DNA of 64,000 nucleotides, taken from Felis catus (Eukaryota). Where the stretch lies: contig NC_058368.1 in NCBI RefSeq assembly GCF_018350175.1, positions 237,958,001-238,022,000 of the forward strand. The letters are read 5' to 3'. The notes below the pieces were generated by a model. It was not told where the DNA came from. It searched no databases and worked only from the letters and a program-made list of their open reading frames with translations. Both the position numbers and the translations under genes were made by a program. This document shows, in pieces, positions 1 through 12,090 of the stretch; position 1 is the stretch's first letter, and each line of letters opens with the position of its first letter.

Positions 1-1110
1 CCACAATCTCTCACACACAAGAAATGACCCATTTTTAGGCAATACTGGAAAAGCCCCAATATACTGAAAAAAAAGGGTTAAGAACATTGGAACTGGCTCA
101 GGATATACCTAAAGTAACCCTTGATTTTCTCATCCACAGTCCTGGAACACATCGTGTCTGCCTGACAATCATTTCCTCTGTAGAAGGTCTGGAGGGAGGG
201 ATTAAGGGGGATTTAAAAAATATAGGTCATTTCTTGAATTTATACAACTCCTATGTTGGCTTAAAAATATAAGGAAAAGGAAGATTAGGCTTTAAAGGCA
301 ATACTTTATTAGTATACAAAATAGTACACATACATAAACACGCACATACATATACTCTGTCTACATCTATGTACATAATATACAGGCTGAGTCCATCCCT
401 GACCGGGACTCGCACCACACCAGCCCAGAAACTCAAAAAGAAGTATAATTGATACTGTGGATCTCCCTGAGGCCTTGATAAAAATTTTTCAAAGCAGTAT
501 TGGATCGTCAGCTGCACCATCACATCTCAATACCAACCACTTTATCTCAAGATAAGATGAGGAGAAACTTCCTAGGATGGTTCTTGTGTAACTACTAAAC
601 GATATAAATTATATTTCCCGAGTATTTGAGAATTGACCGGCCCTGACTAGACTTGTTCAGTCTCATTTTTTTCCTGATGGACACAATAATTAAAATAATA
701 ATCTAAGCCTATCTTCTGGACTGTTGATCCCACGAACCAGAAAATGTAACTGGAACATAACTTAATAATTGTCATAGGAAAGCACTAAATTGGACAAAAA
801 AAAAAAACCTGGTTTTTACTCATCCTTACAGGATGGGAATATGTAGGTAATATCCTCCCCCAATGTTTAAAAATTGCGGAGAATCCTGTCAAAGTAAATG
901 TATGAATAAAAACTGTAAAATTGAAATAAGCCTAAAATTTGGCAGAAACGACCTTAAAGTAGCTGGAGTCTGACACTGACTCGGGAAGACAGTAATGGGA
1001 AATAGAGACACACACTCTGCAACCACTTCTGCGACACTGGATTTGATGCATTAACATTGGCAACTCTTGTATACCTTGTCATGCCAATAACATGATTGAA
1101 ATTGAAATTC
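1..1110 (+). mobile_element. Ancient RTE-X (L4-like) LINE fossil, 3' part of ORF2 plus tail, heavily degraded
   Basis: Broken translations resemble RTE-X ORF2 motifs in the expected order: LTIISSVEGLE (~162-194), NSYVGLKI (~246-269; cf. YTYLGL.I), RSIIDTVDLPEALIKIFQSSIG (439-504; cf. IPIRIWLKIFQSVIEP), KLRRILSK* (871-897; cf. K.R..LTKYRL), EIETH (999-1013). Ends gccaataac..attgaaattgaaatt (1083-1109), a short-repeat tail. Family assigned from recalled motifs. Confidence 0.55.
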
Positions 1111-1397
1111 ATTCCACTTTGGTGCTGGTAGAATCACTTTTAGATATGAATTTAAGGGTGGAATTAGAAACAGTAGGGGGTTGTGTGTAACTAGGACCGT
1201 CTATAGGAAGAAGGCATTTCTTAGAGTCTGAAATTAAGGGTTTTGTTCACTTTTCATAATGAAGGATGAACTCATCACCCAGCCTCCTGAGTTCTCATTT
1301 TCTCCTCTGGCTAGAAGCCCATGTCACTCAGTTGTTCCTCTGTGAATGATAGTAAGGATGTTGGAAATATCCAGAGCAGTGAGGAGATCTTTTCAGG

Positions 1398-1572
1398 AGT
1401 GGGAATGATGACGGTGATGGTGGTGATGGTGATGATGATGGTGGTGATGGTGATGGTGTTGTTGGTGATGACGGTGATGGTGGTGGGGGTGGTGGGGGAG
1501 GTGATGGTGATGATGAAGAGAGTGGTGATGAAAAAAGCCGGTGACAATGGTGATGGTGGTAATGGTGGTGCT
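1398..1572. repeat. (GGT/GAT)n trinucleotide low-complexity repeat
   Basis: Runs of ggtgatggtggtgatg; source of the poly-His/Thr/Val ORFs. Confidence 0.95.
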
Positions 1573-1579
1573 GATCACC

Positions 1580-1800
1580 GCGATAGCTAATGTCTAATGG
1601 GTCTTTATCACATGTGAACTTGTACCAAGCACAGTTCTAAAGGCTTTACATGTATTATCATCTTTGATCTACCTGAAATCCCTATAAGGTAGAGACCATT
1701 ATTATTCTTGTTCTACTACAGAGAATATTAAGATTTCAAAGATTATAAAAAGTGCTTCAGGACACTCCAGAATCTGCTTTTATCCACTCCATCTCCATAG
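1580..1800 (-). mobile_element. MIR SINE
   Basis: gatagctaatg..accaagcacagttctaaaggctttacatgtattatc..cctataaggtag..attattattc matches the reverse of the MIR 3' half. Confidence 0.75.
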
Positions 1801-2029
1801 CGTTGAAACAGAAAAAATGTGAATAACGGAGCTTAAGCCTCCGACGCCGCCCGCGTTTTCAGCCGGTGGCACGTAGTTCATCCTCACTTTCACCATGGGT
1901 CACTGTGCCCTCAGGTAATTTGCAGAGATGAGAGGTGCCATGCGTGCTCAAGGCCACAGCAGGCACATCTGTCAGGGACACTATCCCCTGCCCTCTCCTA
2001 CAGCATAGCTACTATTGAAAGACATCATT

Positions 2030-2280
2030 CTGACTTCGTCTCTTCATTTCCATCCACAGCACTTACTACCATCAGATACATGATGCACCTTGCTTATCTG
2101 TTTATTGTCTTTGATTGTCTTTATTGCTTATCTATTTATGACACTGAACAGAGTAAGGCACCTTTTGTACCATATGAGAAGGCACCTTTTTGTCTATTTC
2201 ATTCACTACTGTAGCCCCAGCATCCAGAATGATGTCAGGCACATGGACGTTGCTCAGTAGATATTTTTGAATTCATGAGC
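2030..2280 (+). mobile_element. L2 LINE 3' end
   Basis: tgtttattgtct..ttcactactgtagccccagcatccagaatgatgtcaggcacatggacgttgctcagtagatatttttgaat resembles the L2 terminus. Confidence 0.75.
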
Positions 2281-3175
2281 TGCCTGATATAAGCTGTGAT
2301 TGTAGGCACTAGTTTAAATACCTTCAGAAATAACCTAGATTTATGTTCAGATGAAGTCACAGGAGTGGGGTTTACTCTCCCAGCTGAAATGACTAAAAAC
2401 ACCTGGTTAAATATGTGAAATGACAGTTTTCAGACACTGGACATCAGACAACACAAGCCAAAAATCTCTGAGAGAAAATACAAACAAAGTGAGTCCTCAT
2501 ATTACTTGTTTAATGCCTGGAGAGAGATTCCAGCTATCAGTGCAGAGAGGGAAAGTGAGGCAAAATCCAGCACTTTCTCTGAGTTGAAAAAACAGAATTG
2601 GGATATTGGGGAGCTCACAGCAGCTGGAGCTCACAGGGCAGAGGTCCAGAAAGAGAAATTCTGCACAGAGAGAGAGACAGGGAGAGAGAAATGCAGAAAC
2701 CTACAGAGACCCCAATGTGAGCAGCCTCATACATGCATCGGTTGAGACCCTGAAGGTGGGGGAGAGAAAAAATATTTGAAGAAGTTACCTGAAATTTTCC
2801 AGATTGGCTGAAAATGATAAGACCACAGAGTCCAAAGCTCAATAGGCGGCTAGCACAGAAACATGAAGAAAATGAACCCCGGGTGCATTGTAACCAAAAT
2901 CTTAGAATTATCCAGAGAAAAGACACATAGTCTGAAGATGGAACAGACATAAGATTTTGCACTAAAAAAGTTCAAACCAGAAGATGGTGAAGTGACATCT
3001 TTGAAATTCTGAGAGACAAAACAAAACATAACACAAGAAAACATCCAGTAAAAATATCTTGCAAAAATGGAGGCAAAATAAAGTCTGTTTCAGGCGTGTG
3101 TAAGCAGAAAAAATCTCTAGCCAATAGACCTGCACACAATAAATATTAAAGGATGTCTTTTAAGAAGGAAACTGA

Positions 3176-3392
3176 GGGGCGCGCCTGGGTGGCACAGTCG
3201 GTTGAGCGTCCGACTTCAGCCAGGTCACGATCTCGCGGTCCGTGAGTTCGAGCCCAGCGTCGGGCTCTGGGCTGATGGCTCGGAGCCTGGAGCCTGTTTC
3301 CGATTCTGTGTCTCCCTCTCTCTCTGCCCCTCCCCCGTTCATGCTCTGTCTCTCTCTGCCTCAAAAATAAATAAACGTTAAAAAAAAAAAAG
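3176..3392 (+). mobile_element. CAN-SINE (SINEC_Fc type)
   Basis: ggggcgcgcctgggtggcacagtcggttgagcgtccgacttc head, (CT)n, A-tail; TSD aagaaggaaa(c/a)tga at 3162-3175 and 3393-3406. Confidence 0.97.
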
Positions 3393-3813
3393 AAGAAGGA
3401 AAATGACAGTAGATGGGACTCTCGACCAAAAAAGGAAAGAGCATCTAAGAGTTCATTACAAATAACTTTTTTAATCTCCTGGAAGATAACTGACTGTTTG
3501 AAGAATAATAGTTACAGTGACATCACGTGTCTGTACCGTATGTGGAAATACAACCTGTGACAGCAATCGCACGGGGACCGAGAGGGAGAGGGAGTGAACT
3601 TTGCAAGCTCCTGTACTGCACCCGATGTGGTGTGACGCTACCTGAAGGTAGACAGTTGTGAGTTAAATATTCAGATTATAGTCCCTGAAGCCACCACTAA
3701 AGAAAATAATTATATTTGATAAGCTAACAAGGGATACAAAATGGTATCAAAAATATACAATCTGAAACAAAGTAGGAAAACATAGAAAAGAGAACAAGGA
3801 GCTAATGGAATAA

Positions 3814-4007
3814 TTTTTTTTTTTGGAGAGAGAGAGAGAGAGTGCAAACGGGAAGAACAGAGGAAGAGGGAGACACAGAATCCGAAGTAGGCTCCCGGCT
3901 CTGAGCTGTCAGCACAGAGCCGGATGCAGGGCTTCAACTCACAAACTGTGAGATCATGAGCTGAGCCCAAGTCGGATGCTCAACCGACTCAGCCACCCAG
4001 ACGCCCC
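3814..4007 (-). mobile_element. CAN-SINE
   Basis: T-run, (GA)n, ..ctcaaccgactcagccacccagacgcccc. Confidence 0.95.
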
Positions 4008-5146
4008 GCGGAATAAAAATTTTTAAATAGCAAGGGATAATTTAAACCCAACCACAATAATCACGGAAAGTACAAATGATCTGAATACCCCCATCAAAAA
4101 GCAGATTTTGATTTAAGTTTTTTAAACAGAAAACCTCAAGATCCCATCTCAAAAACCTACTCGAAATACCAAGGATGGGAAAATATATACCATGCAAATA
4201 CTAATCAGAGAAAGCTACACTGTTGCATTAATATCAAAGTAAATTTTAAAGGAAAGAATATTACCAGGAATAAAGAAGATCATTTCATAATAATAAAGGT
4301 TTCAACCTATCAAGAACCCACAGAAAAGTCTTAAACATTCATCTAATAATATGAAGCACGCATTGATGAGAGTACAGGAGAAAAAAAATACACAGTCCCG
4401 GTTAGAGAGGGGAACACATTTCCATCAATAACTCTAGAACGAGCAGAGAGAAAACCAGCAGGAATACAGACAGAAGGAAACACCTCAGACGCCTCGGGCC
4501 CGTGATGCACTGGCAGAGCACGGCCCTTTTCGTCAAGGGCACACAAAACCCTCGCCAACGCAAACCACGTTTGGGACAGAGCACACCAGCCTTCAGATCA
4601 GACAGACTGTACCCTGCCTCCATGCTCTATGTTCTCAACCAAATGAAGTTAAATCAGAAATCGATAACAGAAAAAAAAAATCTGGAAAATTCTTAAATAT
4701 CTATAAACTAAACAAAACACTCAAAGTCAGGGTTTCCAAAGAATGGATCTAAAGGAAAAGTTAATAAGTATATATTTGAACCAAATTAAAACCGTAGCAC
4801 AACATATCAAAATACATGAAATGCAACATAAGCAAGATGTTCACTACTTGTGATGCTATAATACCTATATTGTGAAGAAGAAATGTCTTAAATTAGTAAC
4901 TTCTTCTGCCTTAAGGAGCTAGTAAAAGTTAGAAAATGAAAACAAAGTTTGAGTAAAAAAGTAATAAGAACAGAAAAGGACGGCACAGGAATGGAGAAAG
5001 ATCAGAGAAAATCAAGAAACCAAAACCAGGTGTTTTGAGATCCATAAAATTGATACACCTTTAGCTACATTGATCAGGAAAAAAAGACTCAAATTAGCAA
5101 TAGAGGAATGAGACATCACTACAGATTTTACAGACTCTAAAATCTT

Positions 5147-5353
5147 TTTTCAACGTTTATTTATTTTTGGGACAGAGAGAGACAGAGCATGAACGGAGGA
5201 GGGGCAGAGAGAGAGGGAGACACAGAATCGGAAACAGGCTCCAGGCTCTGAGCCATCAGCCCAGAGCCCGACGCGGGGCTCGAACTCCCGGACCGCGAGA
5301 TCGTGACCTGGCTGAAGTCGGACGCTTAACCGACTGCGCCACCCAGGCGCCCC
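5147..5353 (-). mobile_element. Young CAN-SINE (SINEC_Fc type)
   Basis: CpG-intact body; perfect 17-bp TSD acagactctaaaatctt at 5130-5146 and 5355-5371. Confidence 0.97.
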
Positions 5354-5869
5354 AACAGACTCTAAAATCTTAAAGATATAGATATTATTAGGGCGGCACC
5401 ATACTGATACTAAAACCATACGCAAAAGATATTACAAGAAAACTACAAACCAACATTTCTTGTAAATATAGATACAAAGATACTTAACAAAATTTTAGCA
5501 AATCAGATACAACAGATCCAAAAACGATAGTATGTTTTCACCAAACGGGGTTTATCGCATATGCAACATTATTCTAAAATTCAAAAACTAATCAATGCAA
5601 TCCACCATATTAACAAACTAAAAAAGAAAATTCACAGATCATCCCAACAGTTAGAGAAAACGCATTTGACAAAACCCGCGAACTCTCTGCAAGCTACAGA
5701 AAGGAAACTTCCCCACCTGGGAAAAGCTATATCTACCAACAAACACAACCTAATGATGCAGACTACCGTCTTCACCCGCCAAGGTCAGGAGCGGGCAGGG
5801 ATGTCTGCTCAGCACACATAGTCAACATGGCCCTGGTCATAGGCGCCATGAACAAATGGCTTGTGTCTT

Positions 5870-6300
5870 GTGATTGGCAACAAACTGCAGGCCTCACAGT
5901 GACTGTTAACACATCGTCGACCTAAAACGTGAGAAGGATATAAATGAGATAGGTGTGGAGCCACTGCACAAGGTTGCTGAGGCCGAGCCGAGGCCTGGGG
6001 AGGACGGGCGTGCCGTGCACACGCCCCACCCCCGTCTTCATACAACCCACGAGGAATGTGACCGCACCTGTTTGCCTTGAGTTTGAAAAATAAAACCTCA
6101 AGTTTGGATGTTTCATGTCCCTCTGGAGCTCTGGGCAGTTAGGCCTCCTGGGCGCCCCCAGGAACCTCGGGATCTAAGGCCTGCATGCAGGTGCAAAAAT
6201 CTACTCTAGGCTGGCTCGTGTTCACAAACCTCACAGACGGGACGTGGATCATAGCTCCTTAAGTCTCGCTTTGTCACCTTATGCTCTGTAAAATTCTCCA
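5870..6300 (+). mobile_element. Possible solo LTR (unassigned)
   Basis: TG start, TATA-like gatataaa (~5936), AATAAA (~6089) inside cttgag..ctcaag inverted repeat; family not recognised. Confidence 0.25.
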
Positions 6301-7879
6301 AGTCCTGCCGGCCAGCTGTCCTTCGTCGTGTGCGGATGCGTGTACGTGCGTCCCCTGGGATCATATGGTCACTTTGATTTGCACGACTGTGTGTTAAGCT
6401 CCTAGGTGGAGATGTGGCTCTGTGGGTGCCTGGTCTGCACAGGAGGACCATCACACCTGTGCTCCGTGGTCAGGTTTGCGGGGGAGGGCCCCCAGGGGCA
6501 GTGATGCAAGGACCAGAGAAGGCTGGCACCACAGAAGCCTCCAGCCCACCAAGCTTAGGCGGTCCTGACCCTCACCTCCCTCACTGAAGATCTGGGCTCC
6601 CAGAGCATCAGAGAAGGGGAGACGGGCGGGGAGCTGATGGCTCCAGAGGGAGATGAGCTGCTCACCGTAGGTCCTTCCACCTACCCAGCGGTCAGCGGCC
6701 AGCGGCCACAGATCCTACAGACGGCTCTGAGGCTCCCCACTGGTGGCCTCACCCTCCCAGACCCCACTCAGAGCTGCTCCCATGGGCCTTGTCCTGCCGC
6801 TAGGGGGGCACGTCCTCTGTGGCTCAGACGTGAGCCCGCCTCATTTGGGGATGGCCGCGGAAGACGGGAACTCAGGCTCCACGGAGGCGCTTACAGTCGC
6901 CCATGTGTGGCTGGCATGTGATTATGCTCTGTGGTCTGCTGCGTCATAACCAAGCCACCCCACAGCCAGGCCAGGCAGGTCCCGACACCGTGGCCCCTAG
7001 GCTGCCCCGGCCTGGGTTGGAGCTGAGGGTCTGCGGGGACCTCGAGCGTGCACACAGCCTCCCTTGTCTGGGAGACAAGGTCCCAGAGCATCGGACACCC
7101 CTCCCCAGACCTGGACGCAGGGACCCTCTGCTGGGGGAGGAGCTCCCGGGCCAGGAAGGTGCCCGGAGCCTGGGCAGGGGTGGAACCTCGGCTCACACCA
7201 AGCCAGCCTTAAAGCAAAGCCGGAGGCAGCCGCGCCTCTGCCTTTGGGGGCTCAGGGACTCAGGCCTCCCAGCAGAGCCTGTAGTTCTGGGCACATCTCC
7301 CGGATGATGCCTGAGCAGGGGCCGATGCCTTCTCCGTCCTCCTTCCTCCCCCTCTTCCTCCTCTTCCTCCCAGAGGGCAGGACCTCATACAGCTGAGCGA
7401 GCTGCAGGGGTGAGGGGAGACACGGAGCTGTGGGCCCCTGCACTTCACGTGGGGGGTTCCCGCCTCAAGCAGTGACCTTACTTGTGGGCAGCCTTGCACG
7501 TCCGGCCTGAACCAGGTCCCCCAGAGTGTGCCCTGCCAGGTCCTTACTGTCCGAGCCTTTGCATTTTAATCTAGAACTGAGGAATCTGAAAATGCTCCAG
7601 GACCCTAAAGACTGAATAACTGCCAAGCTCAGGAGCTGCCAGCGGGAGGTGGCCGGAAGACGCCAAAGAAGTTTCCGTGTCACGGACGACATTCGCTGAC
7701 TTCCGTGGACGCATCCTGAACCTCGTCCTGCCAGGGCCTGGCCTGACCCCAAGGCTGGGGATTGTGGGACAGGAAAAGGACACAGGAGAGTGTGGGTGCC
7801 TATGGGGGCTCTCCACTTCCCCAGCATGGAGAACGTGCTGGGGGCTCGTTGCTGGGGGTGGACAGAGAGTTGTTTCCTG

Positions 7880-8341
7880 GGCTGGAACTGGAGGCTAGAG
7901 CTGGAGGCTGGAGCTGGAAGGTGGGGTTGGGGGGTGGAGGCTGGGGCTGGGACTGGAGGCTGGAGGGTAGAGGCTGGGGTTGGGGTTGGAGGGTGGAGGC
8001 TGGGGCTGGGGCTGGAGGGTGGAGGCTGGGGCTGCAGGCTGGAGGGTAGAGGCTGGGGTTGGGGTTGGAGGGTGGAGGCTGGGGCTGGGGCTGGAGGGTG
8101 GAGGCTGCGACTGGAGGCTGGAGGGTGGAGGCTGGGGCTGGAGGGTGGTGGGTGGAGGCTGGAGGGTAGAGGCTGGGGTTGGGGCTGGAGGGTGGAGGCT
8201 GGGGCTGGAGACTGGAGGCTGGGGCTGGAGGGTGGATGCTGGAGCTGGGGCTGGAGGGTGGAAGCTGGGGCTAGAGACTGGAGGGTGGAGGGTAGAGGCT
8301 GGGGTTGGGGCTAGAGGGTGGAGGCTGGGGCTGGAGGCTGG
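7880..8341. repeat. G-rich degenerate minisatellite (GGCTGGAGGGTGGAGGCTGGGGCT-like units)
   Basis: Directly visible tandem reiteration; extreme G skew on + strand. Confidence 0.95.
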
Positions 8342-8629
8342 TCCAGCAAAGAACCTCAGTGACCATAGACGCTTGTGTCCAAGCAGAAAGACTGCCTTCT
8401 GCCTAGTGGAAGAGACGGGCAGTGGGAATATGGAGCCAGAAACTGGGTCGGCCCCTCCTTGTCAAGGCCCGGGGTCAGAGGTCAGCCTCCAGAGTTAGAG
8501 GCAGAAAAGGTGAGGCTTGGAACTGCTTGAAAGGTATCATGTATTTTCCACCCCCAGGCTTGTGTCTGGCCGGATGCAACCACGCACTTCCGCAAACTTT
8601 CTGTGCAGCAGGGCCCTGAAACGGTTCCC

Positions 8630-8860
8630 TTCAAGGCTGCACTTCATTCACATTCAAATTCAGTTATTTGAAATAAATTTACCTTTAAATAAATCATAGG
8701 ACGGGCGCATTACAAAACACAGTAATTATGATTGAGAAAATGAGCAAGCACTTACAAATAAATCTGGCTGTTCCCCAGCAAGTGATCAAATGATAGATCG
8801 GCCATTGATGTTCTGACTCATGTTTTTATCCAGAATTCCATCTGCAAGATTCAAGCACTC
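8630..8860. promoter_or_regulatory. Candidate conserved non-coding element/enhancer
   Basis: Unique AT-rich island in GC-rich DNA with taaataaatca, gtaattatgattga, tgatagat motifs; conservation inferred. Confidence 0.4.
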
Positions 8861-10449
8861 TCGAAAGGTCCGGATCCTCCCACAGCCGTTGCGACTTGCC
8901 CGAGCAGAACCGGTTCTCTCCTGGATGCAAGTCAGACCGCCTAATTCCACATCTCTTTAATTCTCTGCCCGACGCACCGACTTGTTCCGAGGAACAAAGA
9001 GGAGTGGTGGAGACCGCCCCACAGGACGGAGCGTCCACGACCTGTGTCATTGGTGTTGTCTTTCTTTCTGTTTTTCGGGATCCACTTAAATGCCTCAAGT
9101 CGTACTAGCACAGGTACGAATTCACCTTACAAGGAAGCCGGTCGGAAGGAAGAAAATGGATACCTTTCAGCTTCGGCAATTAAGGAAATTAACTACCAGG
9201 CTTAAGAAGTTCTTCCTGAAGGAATTTACAAGAAGTATTTTTCACATACGCTACACTGTTTTACACCAGTATAGGGAAACTTGGAGAAAACGAACTGTTA
9301 CCTTGCATATGATTAAAGAGGGAGAGACAGCTTGGGACAGAGACCCAACCTCCAACTTGGCGTTTCTGCGGCTCAGCCCCCAGGCCTGCAGCATCGGGTC
9401 CCTTGGAAGGTCTGTTGGAAATGCCCGTCCTCGTCCCCTCTGCGGGCCCCGGGTAGACCCTTCAGGGGCCCGGCCATCTGGGTTCAGAGGCCTCCGGGAG
9501 GCCCCCAGGCACTTCCCGGTGTGAGAACGACTGCCCGGGGCCGGGCCAGCCTGCTGTCACTGCGCCTTGTGACCGTCCCTTTCTCTGCCCCTCTGGGGGC
9601 TCAGAGGGGCGTGGCCCGGCCCCAGGCGCATCTGAGGGCAGGGCACGGTCCCCTCTGGCCTCCCAGAGGAGCCGCACGGCCACGGGGGCCACGCTGCCGC
9701 TCCTTGCCCGCGGGGGAGCCCACGGGGCAGGGCAGTGCCCACGAGGCGAGGCTTGTGCCACCATCTGCCAGAGAGGCCAGCTGTCCACTCCGTGGAAACA
9801 CACAGACTCGAGAGGGCCCCTCGCAGAGCCTGTCCATCATCAAGTACCTGTATTCGCATCACAGGGGGACAGGCTTGAAATTTAGGGCTTTAGGCAGCAT
9901 GCCAGCTGGCCCCCGCTGTGTCCCTGCTTTGCTGAATTTCTGTGACATAGAGAAAGACCCCCAGTCAGCCGGGGCGTGGTGGGGGGGCACCCACGAGAAG
10001 AGGCAAAAACCCACAGCAAACAGAGCCCATCTGAATGCCATGTCCTTCCCAACTAATGAAGCAATGCGAGCCATTGTAATGAACAAATTAATAGTAAGTA
10101 TGTAAACTAACATTAGTAGTAAGAAAATAATAATCACATAAACGTTTTAAGAATAAACAACATAATTAAGAACGATAAGAACCATAAAAGGTGCTTTTAA
10201 TCAGGTGAGCTGATTCCAAAGGATGAACTGGGAGGTGACAGGAGGCTGGGACAGCACGGTGAAGACAGGCTCTGGGACTCTAAGTGCTGTGAAGTCACAG
10301 TGACTCAATGCCCGCGTCCGCTGTCATGGGGACAGCACACTCCTGGGTCCTGGGTCCTGGGAGGGGACGCTCTCCACCCATGCCCACAAGCAATCTGCGA
10401 AGTCAGAGTGTACCCAATCGTCTGTCACGGTCCTGCCCAGATAGAGTGG

Positions 10450-10656
10450 TTTTTTAGACTTATTTATTTTGAGAGTGGTGCTGAGGGGCAGAGAGAGAGG
10501 GAGAGAGACAGAGACAGAGAGGGGATCCCAAGCAGGTTCCACACTCCCGGTGCAGAGTCCCACATGGGGTTCCATCCCACCACCTGTGAGATCACGACCT
10601 GAGCCGAAACCAAAAGTCGGGCGGGCACTCAACCGACTGAGCCACCCAGGTGCCCC
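10450..10656 (-). mobile_element. CAN-SINE (older subfamily)
   Basis: tatttattttgagag..aaccgactgagccacccaggtgcccc. Confidence 0.93.
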
Positions 10657-10689
10657 AACCTAACTTAAAGTTTTAAATGTAGCCCAGTA

Positions 10690-11460
10690 AGGGTGTAAAA
10701 TGATACAAGAAATACATGTGAAGATTTATATGAACCTAGAATAGGGGAGAGATTTCTAAGCATATCACCAAATGCAGAAAAATCAATTTGATGGGTTTCA
10801 GTAAATGAAAACAAAACGGTACTTCATGTGGGAAAACATAGTAAAATAAAGTTTGCAGCTGAAACCAGGCAAGTATATAAAAACAGAGTCAGTTCACAAA
10901 AGATTTTTAAGAAAATCCTAATGGGCATTAATATACGAAAAATTCCACCCCACACATGACAAAGTGAATCAGCAGGAGACCGCCGGCTGGCCCTCGTGGA
11001 GAGAGCCGATGGCACCCCGGCTGGCCGCCCCCATGCTCGGCCACAGGGGACAGTCCCGACCCCTGACAGCCAGCCTTCTGCGGGGTGGATCACGTGACCA
11101 CCACCAGCGAGCTCAAAGCAGGACGGTTGCAGTAGAAAATAGAAACACTAAGTGCATCCACTCAGGAGAGGAATTGAAGAAAACAGGAGACCCACGGCGA
11201 CGCTTGCCCACAGTGCCCAGCCGTGAGAAATGATGTTATGGGGAGTTACAGGACACACGTGTGATGCGCCTCCCTGAGGAAAACGTTTGCAACACAAGGC
11301 AAGAGGGTGTTACTTTTTGCTGTTGCGCGTCTGGAAAAAAAAGCAGAGAGAACATACAATCATTCACAGGGATTCAGGGAGGGTGTAAGATACGCACACA
11401 AATCATGTTTTATTTCCATCTCCTACCTAATTTCTATTTGACAACACAATGACATTTTTA
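10690..11460 (+). mobile_element. Old L1ME-like ORF2 3'/3'UTR fragments
   Basis: gaacctagaataggggagagatttctaagcatatcaccaaatgcaga resembles L1 ORF2 end; degraded. Confidence 0.6.
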
Positions 11461-11658
11461 TAGTCTTCTTGTTACATTTATGCTAAAAAAAAAAAAAAGC
11501 ATAAAGACAATAGCCATGGTTAAACTCCTTGTGGGATGATGACATCCTAGAAAATGCATTTTAGAGCCCGTCAGCACCAGAAAACTCCTTGGACTTGCCT
11601 GGAAACTCAACCCTCTTCCCCAACCCCCACTCCAACCGGATCTTAAGGGTGGGAACGC

Positions 11659-12090
11659 GGGCGCCTGGGGGACTCCGTTGGTTGAGCGTCTGACTCTTTT
11701 TTTTATTTTTTATTTTTTTTCAACATTTATTTATTTTTGGGACAGAGAGAGACAGACCACGAACGGGGGAGGGGCAGAGAGAGAGGGAGACACAGAATCG
11801 GAAACAGGCTCCAGGCTCTGAGCCATCAACCCAGAGCCCGACGCGGGGCTCGAACTCACGGACCGCGAGATCGTGACCTGGCTGAAGTCGGACGCTTAAC
11901 CGACTGCTCCGCCCAGGCGCCCCACGTCCGACTCTTCATCTGGGTTCAGGTCATGGTCTCACGGTTCATGGGATCGAGCCCCACGTCGGGCTCTGTGCTC
12001 ACAGCGCGCGGCCTGCTTGGATTCTCTCGCCCTCTCTCTCTCCCTCTCCATCTGCCCTCCTCCCCCCACTCAGAATAAATGGATTAATTT
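11659..12090 (+). mobile_element. Older CAN-SINE split by a nested SINE (11659-11698 plus 11925-12090)
   Basis: Head gggcgcctgggggactccgttggttgagcgtctgactctt resumes as cgtccgactcttcatctgggttcaggtcatg after the insert. Confidence 0.9.
11699..11923 (-). mobile_element. Young CAN-SINE nested in antisense
   Basis: Full SINEC_Fc body; TSD cgtc(t/c)gactctt at 11687-11698 and 11925-11936. Confidence 0.95.

Larger units (their letters stand above)
2340..5860 (+). mobile_element. Old L1M element (5' region, ORF1 and ORF2 remnants), interrupted by three SINEs
   Basis: A-rich strand; ORF1-like aaaatatttgaagaa..tgaaattttccaga; ORF2-like atataccatgcaaatactaatca, aaaattgatacacctttagcta, atcaatgcaatccaccatattaacaaactaaaa; many stops. 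Confidence 0.85.

Noticed and set aside
87..272. Possible endogenous non-retroviral virus or pseudogene ORF
   Set aside because: No resemblance to bornavirus N/L as I recall them; motifs fit a degraded LINE ORF2 better
1311..1590. Poly-His, poly-Thr and Val/Met-rich ORFs
   Set aside because: Translations of a (GGT/GAT)n simple repeat at a MIR tail
3146..3364. Recurrent RETEHERGRGRERGRHRIG ORFs and tRNA-like heads
   Set aside because: CAN-SINE translations; the A/B boxes belong to SINEs, not tRNA genes
7465..7827. Protein-like stretch (possible exon or pseudogene)
   Set aside because: No recognisable family, in-frame stops on the + reading, no convincing splice pair
9332..10105. 257 aa ORF (also 15308-16024, 35019-35681, 48015-48800, 51237-51929)
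   Set aside because: Pro/Gly/Arg/Ala-rich chance ORFs of GC-rich DNA, overlapping on both strands, with no domain motif
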